A stretch of 63,746 nucleotides of DNA from Chlorokybus atmophyticus (taxonomy: Eukaryota; Plantae; Mesostigma and Chlorokybus algae). Below are positions 51,501 through 63,746 of this stretch, one piece after another. Where the stretch lies: positions 1 through 63,746 of the forward strand of contig RHPI01000935.1 in NCBI GenBank assembly GCA_009103225.1. Reading direction: 5' to 3'. Made by a program: the position numbers and the translations under genes. Under the pieces are notes generated by a model that did no database searches, was not told the DNA's origin, and worked only from the letters and a program-made list of their open reading frames with translations. Positions within the stretch are counted from its first letter, which is position 1, and each line of letters opens with the position of its first letter.

Positions 51501-52118
51501 CACGCACCCACCCGCTCATGCAAGGGCATGAGCGCGTGTGCACACAATCAGTTTGGTGTGCAGTTATGTGTGTATGGGCTTGTGTTTGCGTGCGAATTGT
51601 TGCGACACAACTCACGCTGCCTGCCACAGATTTCACCCCCTCTTGAAATTTGATGGAGAGAAGCGCAGCTGTCGCACGCACCTGATGAGCCACAATCACC
51701 GCCGCAGGAAGCAACGCAAGAGCAATCAGGTGAGGAGACTGGAAGTTGCACTCCACATGTCACACAAAGTACCCCAAATGTCAAATACCCACATCACTCT
51801 GTATCTGTTGGCAGGCAGAAAGGCTGGCAGCTCAGGCTCAGGCAGCCCAAGGTCAACAGGCGCAAGCCAACGGCGGCGGGATGGTGGCGGGCATCCCCTC
51901 CACAGAGCAGGAGCAGCTATTTAACACGGCCTCGCAGTCAGCTGGGGGGCAGGCAAATGCAACACAACATCTCCTCTCAGGCCACTCCTCACCCGCCTCC
52001 TCAAACTCAAGGTACCATTCGTAGCCAAAATTTGGCTCCGTCTGCAGCCTTTCAGGACTTAGCTGTTTGGGACTTGGCCATTGGGACTTAGTCAATAATG
52101 TGTTCTGTCTGCAGGTGA
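48545..52118 (+). CDS. SPL: SBP-box (SQUAMOSA promoter-binding-like) transcription factor; exons ~48545-48829, 49200-49636, 49942-50095, (50222-50486 uncertain), 51061-51206, 51630-51729, 51815-52011, 52115-52118
   Basis: Complete SBP domain [49 protein letters not shown]|[30 protein letters not shown] with both Zn sites and the basic NLS; low-complexity Gly/Asn/His/Gln N-terminus; linkage crosses an N at 50867. Confidence 0.88.
50680..50776. repeat. Two tandem hairpin units in an SBP intron
   Basis: gctgttgtaggttgacc-tatac-ggtcaacctacaacagc (50738-50776, perfect 17 bp); same left arm at 50680-50696 with a partial right arm. Confidence 0.88.
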
Positions 52119-53588
52119 TGCAGGCGTATCAGCTATACAAGCAGTCTGCACAAGGGAGAGAGTAAGCGATACAGAGGGACAAGGAGAGAGAGCTTTTGTG
52201 TCTGTATTCCCCAAGCATGTATACCCCTTTTTCTGCCTGGCGGGCACAGTACCATATCAGGCAGTACCATATTTCCTGGGCAGGGCACCTGCAACATAAA
52301 ACCTCCTCCCCCTTTCTGGGCAGCTTGGAGGGGACTTGGGGATGCACGGCTATTTATCACATCATAAACCCAGAAAAGAGAGATCCATCATGTGTGGTGT
52401 GAGCGCAGGCAGCAGGCTGATCATCATGACGACCTGGAGACCAGCGTGCTGCGCGCAAAGTATGTAGTATAGTATAGTGTAGTATAGAGCTGTGTGTTGT
52501 AAGGTTTGGTGTGTATAGAAAAGGGAAAGCCGTAAGCGGAAGAGTAGTCAGTGGCTCGCTGATATTTTGTGCGTGTACAGGGTTGCGACCTATGTAAGTG
52601 GCAGCATTGGGCATAGTACAGGGGACTCCTGCTGCGTGTAGCTTTGGTATACAGTATTTGCATATGTATACAACAGTATAAGCGCTTTTGTGTTTGCTTA
52701 GTGTCTGTCCTTACATTGGCGTGTGTTTATGGATCCTGCATCAGTCTGGTGCAAGGCCAAGCTGCAACGTCGTGCTGGACTCTGCATGCACTAGCATGGC
52801 ATCCTTCCCAGCAGTTGAACGCTATCAACATGAATCATGTTGATTGTACGATGTGGTACTACGTGTGCACTAAAGTCACCGGTTGCTGTGGACATGAAAC
52901 CCGGCCGCGACATGTGACTGGTGCTGCTAAACGTTACCATCACGGCGCATGGAGACTGAGCGGGTTTGGTGGTATGGGTAATTGAGGTGGCCAAGCTGCA
53001 AGTATGGCAACCCACCCGCCAAGGAATACCTTTCAACTGCAGGTGACGGAGATGCATGGCACGCGAGGACTTTAGCACGTGTTGCGCATGTGCGTGTGCA
53101 ATATGGTGGCGGTAATGGAGCGGAGCAGCACCCGCTAAGGGGATTGTGTGGTTGTGCCGGCAGCAGGTGGCCTGCGCCTTATAGCAAGCGCACATGATGG
53201 CGATTACCAGGAGCGGGGCACATCAGCAGTGGTTGTGGGAAGAGCGCTGGTGAGCTCAAGCCCTCTTACCATGGAAAGCGCGGCTAACACGGCACTCGCG
53301 CCGCGATTATCGGAAGCGTGACAGTAAATTGCGGCGTATAACTCCTGACCTAGTGAGCCAGGGGATGTGCGTGCAATGTTGAATAGCGTATACATCATAG
53401 TCAATCACTTGCACACACTTGTATGGCCGTAACAGGTTGTGGGCTGTGTGATGTATGGCAAGAAGCAGCAGGCGCAATGTGACACCATTGTATATATGTG
53501 GAGTATGACTCAGTGTGTAGCGCGTGCACATGCACGTACACGGGTGCTTCGGGTGGGTGTGCGGGCGTGCACACAGGAATAGGAGAGG

Positions 53589-53836
53589 NNNNNNNNNNNN
53601 NNNNNNNNNNNNNNNNNNNNNNNNNNNNNNNNNNNNNNNNNNNNNNNNNNNNNNNNNNNNNNNNNNNNNNNNNNNNNNNNNNNNNNNNNNNNNNNNNNNN
53701 NNNNNNNNNNNNNNNNNNNNNNNNNNNNNNNNNNNNNNNNNNNNNNNNNNNNNNNNNNNNNNNNNNNNNNNNNNNNNNNNNNNNNNNNNNNNNNNNNNNN
53801 NNNNNNNNNNNNNNNNNNNNNNNNNNNNNNNNNNNN
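53589..53836. other. Assembly gap
   Basis: N run. Confidence 0.99.
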
Positions 53837-56800
53837 GGGGGCTCCTATTATGCTGTCAACTTTAGCTGATACCACATGCTCAAGTTTTTAAACATCGCTC
53901 AGGTATTAGAGATCTAGTTTAAACTGCGTTACACAGCTTATGTTATAATACGCGTACACTTGAGCTATGACTTCAATCAATTTTTATTACATCTACCGGT
54001 CATGGCATGCGAACACGCATGACTATGACCGCGTAACAAAAAGCGCCATGTCATTTATGATGATTTCGTTTAACTTGCATGTTTGATAAATGTCATAATG
54101 GTAACCATAATCTTTTCTTGGAATCATGCGTCACTTCAACTGCCATGGAAGCTGTGAGAAGATTGACTTTAAGTTAACATTTCAACCCTACAATCGGTGC
54201 CGACATCATATTAGGTTTTTTTTGTATGTGCACAATAACAGTGTCCACAAATGTCGTAATAATAAGTTTAAGAAAAGGGAAGCTTGATATATTGAAGCAG
54301 GGGTTCCGCGAAGTATGCTGGCACTCACTTCATTCCCATCATTCATGCAATGTGGCTGATTATTAGATGCATCATACAGATTAACAATAATTAATCATTT
54401 TGGTTCAGGGCTTTTGCATTACTTTAACGTAATGTCTTGACGCGCTGCATTAATCTTTATAACGGAAAAAAATAAAGTATGTTCAATTGACCATGTCTTG
54501 AGAGTTTGCCTATAAAATTGTACCATATGTTATCATTATAACACAATTTACTAATGATGATTAAGTTCCTTCCACTTCATTGCAGCGCGTGTACAATTGC
54601 TTGGTTAATGCAATAGGAGCTTGCATATAAATAATATAAAACATTAGAACTATCATGTACTATCCTGATACGTTTTATTCTATGTTAAACATGGACGCAA
54701 CATGACTAGCCAAGCAAGCATTGAAAACTATCCAGTTTAAGGTTACAAGTGAAAATTGCTGAATATTTATGTATTGCCACGAACTACTTGTGCTACAATC
54801 AATCATGCAGGAGGTGAAAACGGAAAATATAGCTGGTTGTCTTGCATGGAAACTACCTTACGACCAATGCATAGATTATGATGTTGTGGCAATAACCCAA
54901 CGGAAGTAAAATGCCATAGCAAGCCGTTGCACAGATGTTGCTGCTGCACGTTAGCTAAACGTTTTACCATTGCGCTTTATTTAAGCTACACCGTGCAAGG
55001 CAGCGTCAATTAAGCAAAATGTGGGTTATTGCAATTGTTCAAAACTTATAAATAGCAGCCACTTGAGAAGCCAACAATATGTTGCACGTCATGCCACATT
55101 ATTTTGCTTGGCGTTTATATAAAACGGCGCGTAAAATGCCAGTGTGAGCTGCCGTTTGACCACGCGCTTTTCATGGATCGTCAATAGCAAGACTGATATT
55201 GCAAGCAAAATTGACATAAGCAGCGCTGTAGGGACTGGTATTTACTTTGGATGGAAGGGTCGGTTTTAAGCAGAGCTTGCTAAAAAGCGAACACATGCTT
55301 GAAAGCGCGCTCAATATCGCGCAAACCTGACAGCCAGTGGCGGCTGTGAATATCGGCGGCTGCTGGATATGTGGCTAATGATAAGACTGAAAATTGCCAC
55401 ATTTAGCATGATTGTAGAAACTAACTGATGAAAACAGCCACATCGACATCTTGGCATGATGAAAATTGAACTTGATGGGTAAGAAGCCAGGTTGACTTGA
55501 TAGTTAAAACCTTATGTACAGCTTTGAGGCTGCATAACCGGTAATCTTAGCAATGCATGCTCAACCACCGCTGCAAGACAAGTGTGAAACACGTACACAC
55601 CACATATGCAACATATGCAAAGCGCAGCATGCCATTGCGTAACACCGCTACTCCGCTTAAGCACGACACAACAGATTCTGTGTTATGCACACAACAATGT
55701 ATGAACATTGGTATGTGCAGTATCATGCACACATCAATGAAATGCACGCTTGAATGCTTCCGTTACATACGAACTCCAAATAGCAACCGACAAAAATACG
55801 TAAAGGCAATAGGTCTTGATGAGCAGACTGAATGTACATACCTGCAGCTTTGCTCTTTTTTTGTAGTAGTCTAGTGATGTCTTGGTAGTTGTTAAACGAC
55901 ATGCTGCGGATATGCAAATACAAGTTTTAAATATTTGCTGATAACACCATAACATGCGCATGCTGCTGAGCCGCATCACTTTCCTTGATGCCAGATGGTG
56001 AGCTTCCCGGAGTACCAACATGCACAAAAATGCTATAACAATTCTGCGACCTCATTGCATGACGTTAGCCAATAATAGACTGCGCTTACCTTTTGTAACC
56101 ATCCGGGCTGATTGCTCAACAAGTGAGGACGGCCACAGAGAGTTGCATACGCTATGCATGTGTTACGCAATGTTGCAACAACATGACACTAAACAATAAT
56201 GTGAAGACCGCAAAAAACTCGACACACTTTCTGCTTACCTTCAGCAAGTTGACAACATTTTACTGCGCATATTGCAGCACACACAAGCGAGCAAAGATGA
56301 GGTCTTAAGTGCACAAATCAGAGCAAACAAGCGAGTGCTGGCAACATATGCACTACACATGCTACAAGGTTAAGACTATATGGCCAGTGGTCATCTGTGT
56401 GCCAGCTCTACATAGACATCCGCCTAGCTTCTGTGCTTTATCACGGCTTGCACACAACACTCCAGACATACACACAACACACAGTCACATCGTGCTCGGT
56501 TTGCGAGGTGGCAAACATATCACAACGTTTTAATAATCGACAAACTAGCAAACCAACAACAAGCTGTGCAAAGGGGCTTTGCGGATTGGCTTTGTTTCAC
56601 TACGCACTATACTCAACAGTACAAGCCCGTTTGTGTCTGTTCGTGGCATACATGCGTGCCACACGGCGTGTGGGCACGTGCTAGTGGGTACATGTGTGCA
56701 AGGGCACACATGGGCACATATCACTACACATGCATAAGTGGATGCACACGCCCGCATACCCGCTTGTGTGTGTACAGTAAGTAGCTTTGTGTGACGGTGT

Positions 56801-58199
56801 TGATGTACTAGTAATGAGAGAGTGTACACATCTGCCCCCTCCCCCCCCTTCCCACCACCAACACCACATGCGTATATGTGTGCACACATGCGCATGTGTG
56901 CCTGTACATGTGCGCATGTATCTTACACCACATGCTCACATGAGCTCCAAAAACTCTCACTATATATCAGCCACGTGAGCTCAAAGACCACTCCAAAGTG
57001 ATGCAATATATGCATGCACGCGCTGCCATGAAGTCTGTTTCTTCACATGAATTTGTGTGACAGTCGCATGTGAGACGGGTTGTGCCCAAGTTGGAGTATT
57101 GTCCAATGCAAGAGCAGCTCAGCGGTGCCAGCAATTTGCACGGCTGAGGTGCTGATTCTGCAACACGTACCTTGCACATTCAAGTGGAATGGCTTGTCAC
57201 ATCTCCTTGCCTTATGCTAGCAGACTAAGCCTTTACACAAGTGTTGATGTAGAATTTGCACCACCATACCCCTATGATGCTACAGCCACTAGCTGCAGCA
57301 TCAGAGCTACAGAGACTTATACACACGTAGTGTTGAGCATGCCGCAGCTCAATGCATGCATCCTCTCAATCCACGTGCTAACAACATGGATCATTTGAGT
57401 GAGTAGCTACTGTGCTGAGTCAAACGCAAGAAGTCAGGTCAGCCTACTACTCAACACTCAACACTAAACATCAGATGGAAAGCGCAACATACTTGACATT
57501 GGGTAATTCTCCGACAAGTTGAATACACCTGTTGTTATTAGTGCAAGAGTGGTACAAGTACAATGAGAGCATAATACAACAACACACAGGTACACGCGCG
57601 CGCATCAGCCTGCAATGGTTCTCGCACTTGATTGCCAGCTGTGCATTGTGCCAGCAGAGTGGTAATCATCTCCAGCACTGCCCTCGCCCTTGACTGTAAG
57701 CATTGCTGTCGTGTTGGCCACTAGCAACAATGTACACAAGTGCATGCTCAACACATGCACAGATTGGGACGCTTGTTGCCTTTACACTGATCAGTGATGC
57801 ATGTCACTACCATAGAATGTAGAGTGAATAGTCTCATAGCTCGCTTTCAAATTCTTTGGCCGTTGTGCATACGGAACCTGTGCATGTGCATTTAAATACG
57901 TATGAACCACTGCATGTGCCTGCACAAATGTACCTGTGTCACATATATATGTAAAGGCGTGCGCATGTGTGTCCATGTGAGAGCATGCAAGCATGAGCAG
58001 CGCTCCCTTGACCAACTCACCAATATTGGCCATGCACGCGTCCTCTCCCTCGCAGCTTGTCAACAGGACCACATCATGAAGATTATAATCATGCGCTGCA
58101 AGCACTACACAGTTGCTAAGCCTCATGCGCATGCACCGCAATGCACGCCACACCTCACTCTACGCATTGTCGTGCATATTGTCTTCACATATCAGCCTT

Positions 58200-58700
58200 C
58201 ATCGAGTATGCCCACATCGAGGCTCGCCCAGCCTATCAGCTTTAAGACCCGCGCGCGATACTGACCAGTAGCTAAGGCATAACCCTAGTCTAGCTCGTGA
58301 CTGTAGCCTACATAGGCACCGCGCGTAGCTATTCGGTTGTTCTGTTATAAGCTGTGTTCGGGATCGAGTGGGGATTCTTTAAAACTAGCCGCAATATAAC
58401 CGGTAGCTTATGTTCTAAACAGTCGTAATTTGATTTGTATAAGTAGTAGCAATGTTCATTGGATCAGCTAGTGACTGTGAGTAATCAAGTTAAGAGCTTG
58501 TGAATCGACTTGAGTTACGAACACGCCGTCCCGATTGCCAAGAATTCTCCAACCGTGCGAGAGCCTGTGCATGCTCGTATGCACTGTGCTCGTCATTGCT
58601 GTGAGCTTGGTGTGCTTGGTTGCGGTGTGCTTGGTGGCATTAGTCAGGGCACAGCATCCACGTATTGCTTGCTCATTCACCTCACTTAGATCAAGTTAGA
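58200..58700 (+). repeat. Putative 5' LTR of copy 2
   Basis: Non-coding; homologous in inverted orientation to 62540-63060 (shared accgcgcgtagct, gagcttgtgaa.cgacttga, ttgccaagaatt, cattgctgtgagcttg, ctcattcacctcactt). Confidence 0.6.
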
Positions 58701-60000
58701 TCAAGCAGCGTAGGTGGTTTTGCGTCGTCAGGCGTGTAAAGCAGCCCGCACAGCTGCTGCCCAACCTGCTTCGACATTTAATGTCGCTGGTCCCTCCAGT
58801 GCGCTCACATCAGCTCCAACAACGGCACCCATGGTCACACCACAGGGTCAAACAATTGTTGTTGACTAAACGAGGGTGTTAGTGTAACAATTGAGGGGGG
58901 TAATCGCCCCACAGCTGCCTTCCTTGATTGAGGATATGCCATACCAAAGATCAGCGTGATGCAGGGCGAGGCTACCTCACCCCACATGGGGACACCACAT
59001 AGAGAGGAGGAGCTGGCGTGGTGGAAGAGCAACAACTCCGCACCGCCCTCATACGGCAAGCAATCATGCTGCACAGACCTGAGGACAGAGCATCGCGACA
59101 TATGATGGGGATGCGCGAGGGCAGCGCATTGCCAGCACGGCTAGTGACGCGGCTCGTCGCTTACCACCCCACCGTTCCCATGTTGCCCTTAGCAACAGAG
59201 CATCGTAGTTGGGGGCATTTATTCGTTTACTGCGGCAAGCATATGATGAAGCTGCCACCACTGCTCTAGACACTGGAAGGAGTGCAAGAGGCAATGCTGT
59301 GGCTGCTAGGAGTACAAGCAGCGCGACAACAGCGGCGCATCGCCATCGCTCATGAGCTACACGCGCAGCAGATCGACCTCCAACGCACCATACGGGCACG
59401 CGTCATGACGGTGCCCGGTGTGGTACAAGGAAGGTGGGATGCCTACATGGCATGGATCTTACGGCTCCCCACCATCACCCACGACATGCGGAGACGACTA
59501 CTACACGCAGTGTACCTGCAGCCTATGCTCCAATACCACCACTGGACCGACGTGGACATCGAGCCCACGGCTACCTGGGAGGGGACATTGGTCATCGAGG
59601 CGGCTCATGCTGTCCGATGGACCTACGCCGCAGAGCAAGCTGAACGCGAGGCAGGCCCACAATTACCACGCCCACCAGGCTTTCCTCCACAGCCGCTGGG
59701 GACACCAGTAGGCATGATCCCCTCCTCGCAAAAAAGGCATCCACCAACACCTCCACCACAGCAAGCACCACAATCCTCAACTCAAAGGCCTCTTCGCGTC
59801 CACCAACCCCCACGACAAGGTTGGTTTGGCAGAGGGAGACGTCAAGGAGGGAGTCCTCAAGTTCCAGCCGGCAGAGGAGCTTTGGCTGCAATGCGCTTGG
59901 CACCCTCAGTTGAGAGACATGAGGCACCAATGCCAGCAACAGCACGAAGAGGTGGCGCATTAACGCCAATGCTGCCAAAGTTGCCAATGCAGGCAAACAT

Positions 60001-60324
60001 GTGACAATTAATGGCCGGGCCCTCAAGCGGGGGATGTTGGACACTGGAGCACAGCCTGTTATCATCAGGCGCTTCCTCGCACGCCATTTTGGCATCACCA
60101 GCTTGGACTTGATGCCTTGTCCATATATGCTGGACACTGCGACAAGCAAGCGCGACGAAGTGATAGGAGTCACTAAAGAGGCCTTATGCATTTGGCTAAC
60201 AGGGCTGCACCCCACACACACCACAGAGATCACGCAGGAGTGTGTGGTCATCAACACCAGTTCCTTCAATTTCTTGCTTGGGCAAGACTTCAATTTCCCC
60301 GTGGGCATGGGCCTCGATTGTTGA
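60001..60324 (+). pseudogene. Retroviral-type aspartic protease
   Basis: INGRALKRGMLDTGAQPVII (DTG at 60040-60048) ... FNFLLGQDF. Confidence 0.88.
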
Positions 60325-60744
60325 ACAGAGCAGGCTTGGTTCTGACCACATTGGGATGAGGATGACGGAGTGGTATAGGGTTTCCTGCCTCTCAAGTTGG
60401 TGTCGCGCACGCGTGCACAAGTAATCAGGTGCGCACGCGAGAGGCCGCATCAGCCACATACAACTGCGCTCACACCAGAGTTGCTGCCGTTGCAACAGCC
60501 CCTTGCCGCACCAATGGCTCCGCTCCCATTCCTTACAGAAAGGAGCAAGAGGATGCCACCGTTGAGGTGGCATTACAAGACCCGGCCGAACGCCGTTGGC
60601 GGGCACAAGTGGATGCACACCTACTGTTTACACAGCCATTGGTTACCTCGCGCTTCAACAATTGCAACAAGGGCAAGGTGCAAGATCAACATATGGTGGC
60701 CACAGGAGTGGTGGAGTTCCACACCTTCCGGCGTCAACAGGGTA

Positions 60745-61700
60745 TTACATCTTTGAAGCTGTTTGGAAGTATTAGCAGTGGTTTTGCCGCTGTTCTCAAC
60801 TCAGGATTCAAAGTTACCAAGTACTACTATTGTGACCCCAACCCGCACGCGCAAACAGCCCTCAAGCACCACCTGCGTCAGCTCCACGAGCGCTACCCAC
60901 ATCAGTTGCCCTTGTTGGCACTGCAAGGCAGCCATAAGGTGTTGCCACAAGACATTCGGCTTGTTACGGAGGACCATTTGCTGTCCCTCGGCACAATATC
61001 TTGTTAATAGCTGGCTGGGAGTGCTAAGGACACTCCAGAGCAGGACAAGGCCAAGGCCTTGAAGACCACCGCTCAGGGTTGTTTTAAGAGTTGATGAGAG
61101 TCATCCATCTCCTTGAGCAACACGAGATCTCCAGGCCGCTGGGGTATATCATTAAGAATGTCCACTCGGAGGACAACAAGCGTCCTCATCTGGCCTCCAG
61201 CTACCGGCAAGTGTGCTCCATTCTTGCGCACCCACTCACAGTGAACGCAACACGACATGGTTCACGTGCACAGCGCGTACACGCCAAGTGGACACCTTGG
61301 CCACCACAGAGGAGTTGATGACATCAAAATACACGTGCAGCACGCGGCCATGCAACCTATTTGTCAATGACATCCTTGACCCTAGCCGCAAGGCCAGCAT
61401 GTCACGCGCCACGATCACAACTACTTCTACACGTGCAACCAGCTAGGACAACCACGCCGAGCACTTCCCACATTGGTGTCTTACAGGCTGCTATGCTTTT
61501 TGCAATAGCGGGGAGGGCATGGTGTTTAATGAGGCCACTAGCAAGCTGGAAGAACCCAACGCACGCGAACGCGAACACGCCATGGGCTGTTTTCCCAATA
61601 GCATCACCGGATCACAGCTGACCAATAGTCATTGGTGGCATCTCCTCAGCCGCGCCATGGACCAGAACATCATGGTCGGGCTGCTGAAGCTCAGCTTTGC
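60745..61700 (+). pseudogene. C5-cytosine DNA methyltransferase domain (copy 2)
   Basis: LKLFGSISSG, YYYCD, QDIR, LLIAGWEC*, KNV, HGSRAQRVHAKW, EREHAMGC, LLSRAMD. Confidence 0.85.
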
Positions 61701-62248
61701 ATTGCAAGACCGCCATGTGTCTTTCGAGAATCTCAAACACCTGGCGCGGGGAAGGGGCAGCATTGTTGTTTACCATTGTGATGCGTGCAGCTCCGCTCAN
61801 AGGGGGGGGGCTAATCGCATTTTTTACACCAAGGCAGCTTACACAGCCCTCGAGGTGGCTCATATGGAGGAGCAAGCAGCATTAATAGTGGAAGACATTC
61901 CGGTGGTTGCCAACGCAACGTGATGAGACCACGCCATCGGCCCTCGTGCCACGCGAGAGAAGTTGGAAGCTCTCCTCAACAAGTGGGTGAGCCATTTCAG
62001 CTTTGACGTAAAAGAGCTGAGTACATATATAATACACCACATGGGCATCGAGCTAATGGACACCGAGCCGGTGTTCCGACGTCAATTCAGGCTTTTCAAG
62101 ATGGAAGAGGACCTGGTGGAACAGAGGTGTAAGGCCTGGCTGAACGCAGGCCTTATTGACGATTCCACATCGCACTTTGCAGCCGCGGCAGTCATGCCGC
62201 TGAAGAAGGTACCCAATGCCCACAGCATAGGGTATCTTTAACGATGTA

Positions 62249-62488
62249 TGTCGTGCCTGTCATGGTCGAGGGCAACCTTGTCTCGGACAGGCTGCAGAGG
62301 AGTGCTATTGCTGCACGCATGCTAGTGCCGTGCACTGCATTGGAGTCATGCAAGTAAAAGACACCCCCCCAATCGTGGGCATAGGCTTGAAGATGAGCCT
62401 ACGCGGTGTTTAGTGCAGTGGACGAGCCGATGTTGCTCGCCACCTTTGTGTACAGACTGTGTCGTAGTGCACACAGTCAACAAGCCAC
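62249..62488 (-). repeat. 240-bp direct duplicate of 63140-63379 (start of the minus-strand LTR)
   Basis: Five substitutions by eye, no indels. Confidence 0.92.
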
Positions 62489-63378
62489 TACGATAGGTAG
62501 TGCTGTGGACACAGTTCTTTGCATGAGTGGATAGAATGATACACCGTGAAGTGAGGTGAATGAGTGTGCAACACGTGGATACAACACCCTGACTACTGAA
62601 ACAACACACCACCGTCAAGCTCACAGCAATGGCAGGCACAGCGCACAAGAGCATGCACCGTGTCTCACGCAGTAAGGGAATTCTTGGCAACCGGGGCAGC
62701 GTGCTTCCAGTTCAAGTCGCTTCACAAGCTCTTTAGAAATAGAGTCTTTACTTCTTAGTACTCCTAGTACTCACAGTACTCACTTACAGTGTCACCAGCC
62801 AGTCTGGTGACGTGACTTCCTACTTATACATGTCAAATCATGACTGTGCAGTGCCACGCGGGCACTAGGCCAACGGTCACATCGAGGCCTCATGCTATTT
62901 CGGAAATCTCCTAAGACTTGATATAGCACATGTGTTCTTAACAGACTTGCAACTGATCAGCTACGCGCGGTCCCTACAGACAGGTCTATAAAGTAGCCCT
63001 AGCTACATGCTACATGAGTGATACAGTAGCTAGCAGTAGGCTGGGGCTCGCGCGGTCTTCATGCTGGTAGCCCGGGCGTGGGGCTGGGTGTAGACATGCT
63101 TGAGAAGAACTGGCATGCGAGGGTAGATGGCATGACAGCTGTCGTGCCTGTCATGGTCGAGGGCAACCTTGTCTCGGACAGGCTGCGGAGGAGTGCTAGT
63201 GCTGCACGCATGCTAGTGCCGTGCACTGCATTGGAGTCATGCAAGCAAAAGACAACCCCCCAATCGTGGGCATAGGCTTGAAGATGAGCCTACGCGGTGT
63301 TTAGTGCAGTGGACGAGCCGATGTTGCTCGCCACCTTTGTGTACAGACTGTGTCATAGTGCACACAGTCAACAAGCCA
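62489..63378 (-). repeat. 3' LTR of a minus-strand gypsy element related to copy 2
   Basis: Begins TG right after a G9 polypurine tract (C-run 63379-63387); homologous to 58200-58700. Confidence 0.65.
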
Positions 63379-63425
63379 CCCCCCCCCGAGATTCTGGGGT
63401 AGCCCTCTGCTCCAGAACTCAGTTC

Positions 63426-63746
63426 CTACCGACTGTGTGGGGGACCGTTGATGCGGCAGTCAGCGCACCAGTACTCCCACAAGGGTACTGCGTCCAGTGG
63501 AGGGTCAAGGCAGTAGCAGTGCATGTTGAGAGTCATTCCTACATACGATCAGCATCGACCCTCCACACAGGAGTAGAAGGTCGTAAGGACGAGCACTAGG
63601 TCCGGACTTAGCAAGATGGCGTCGTCGGACCAGACTCCGGACTCCAGACAGGAGCCTTACTAACTGCTTCGTATCTCCGCGTATACTTACTCATATTAGG
63701 CGTGTGAGAGCTTGTTGGAAAGCTCTGGTTGTAAGAAAGACAACGC
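63426..63746 (-). pseudogene. C-terminal end of pol with a decayed PHD finger
   Basis: SARPYDLLLLCGG / VDADRM / NMHCYCLDPPLDAVPLWEYWCADC...* across frameshifts, ending 63426, followed by PPT and LTR. Confidence 0.72.

Larger units (their letters stand above)
58200..62250 (+). mobile_element. Degenerate Ty3/gypsy LTR retrotransposon with DNMT (copy 2): 5' LTR-like region, gag-like ORF, protease, DNMT, start of RT
   Basis: Order LTR (~58200-58700), gag-like (~58900-60000), LDTG protease, DNMT, MGIELMDTEPVF...VMPLKK; internal deletion to YPMP, truncated at ~62248. Confidence 0.9.

Noticed and set aside
53870-56550. Hidden gene, organellar or viral insert in the AT-rich block
   Set aside because: The frames I tried were full of stops with no recognisable motifs; treated as old unclassified repeat DNA
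56900-58200. Exon-like fragments on the minus strand
   Set aside because: Could not be joined into a consistent frame or family
58200-63060. DIRS-type element with inverted terminal repeats
   Set aside because: No tyrosine recombinase seen, an aspartic protease and gypsy RT are present, and the inverted LTR has its own PPT and pol end, so it belongs to a second element

Overview
Eukaryotic nuclear DNA with short GT-AG introns and frequent assembly gaps (N runs and single Ns). The gene content (nuclear plastid ATP synthase b', SBP-box factor, RUS family, plant-like SF3B5) indicates a green-lineage alga, most likely a streptophyte alga (inference). About 6.7-29.8 kb is gene-dense: atpG, SF3B5, a RUS1/DUF647 gene, a large Ser/Thr kinase gene with an N-terminal SH2-like motif, a multi-pass membrane protein and a poorly resolved gene. 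The rest is repeat-rich: long (GA)n tracts, a decayed intron-containing hAT transposase, an SBP-box gene with an inverted intron-retaining pseudogene, and several perfect hairpins. Both window ends carry decayed Ty3/gypsy LTR retrotransposons encoding a C5-cytosine DNA methyltransferase between protease and RT. A third, oppositely oriented element with a homologous LTR ends in a PHD finger, suggesting a retrotransposon family with both a methylation writer and a chromatin reader. All calls come from reading motifs by eye; no database searches were run, and TE and LTR boundaries are approximate.
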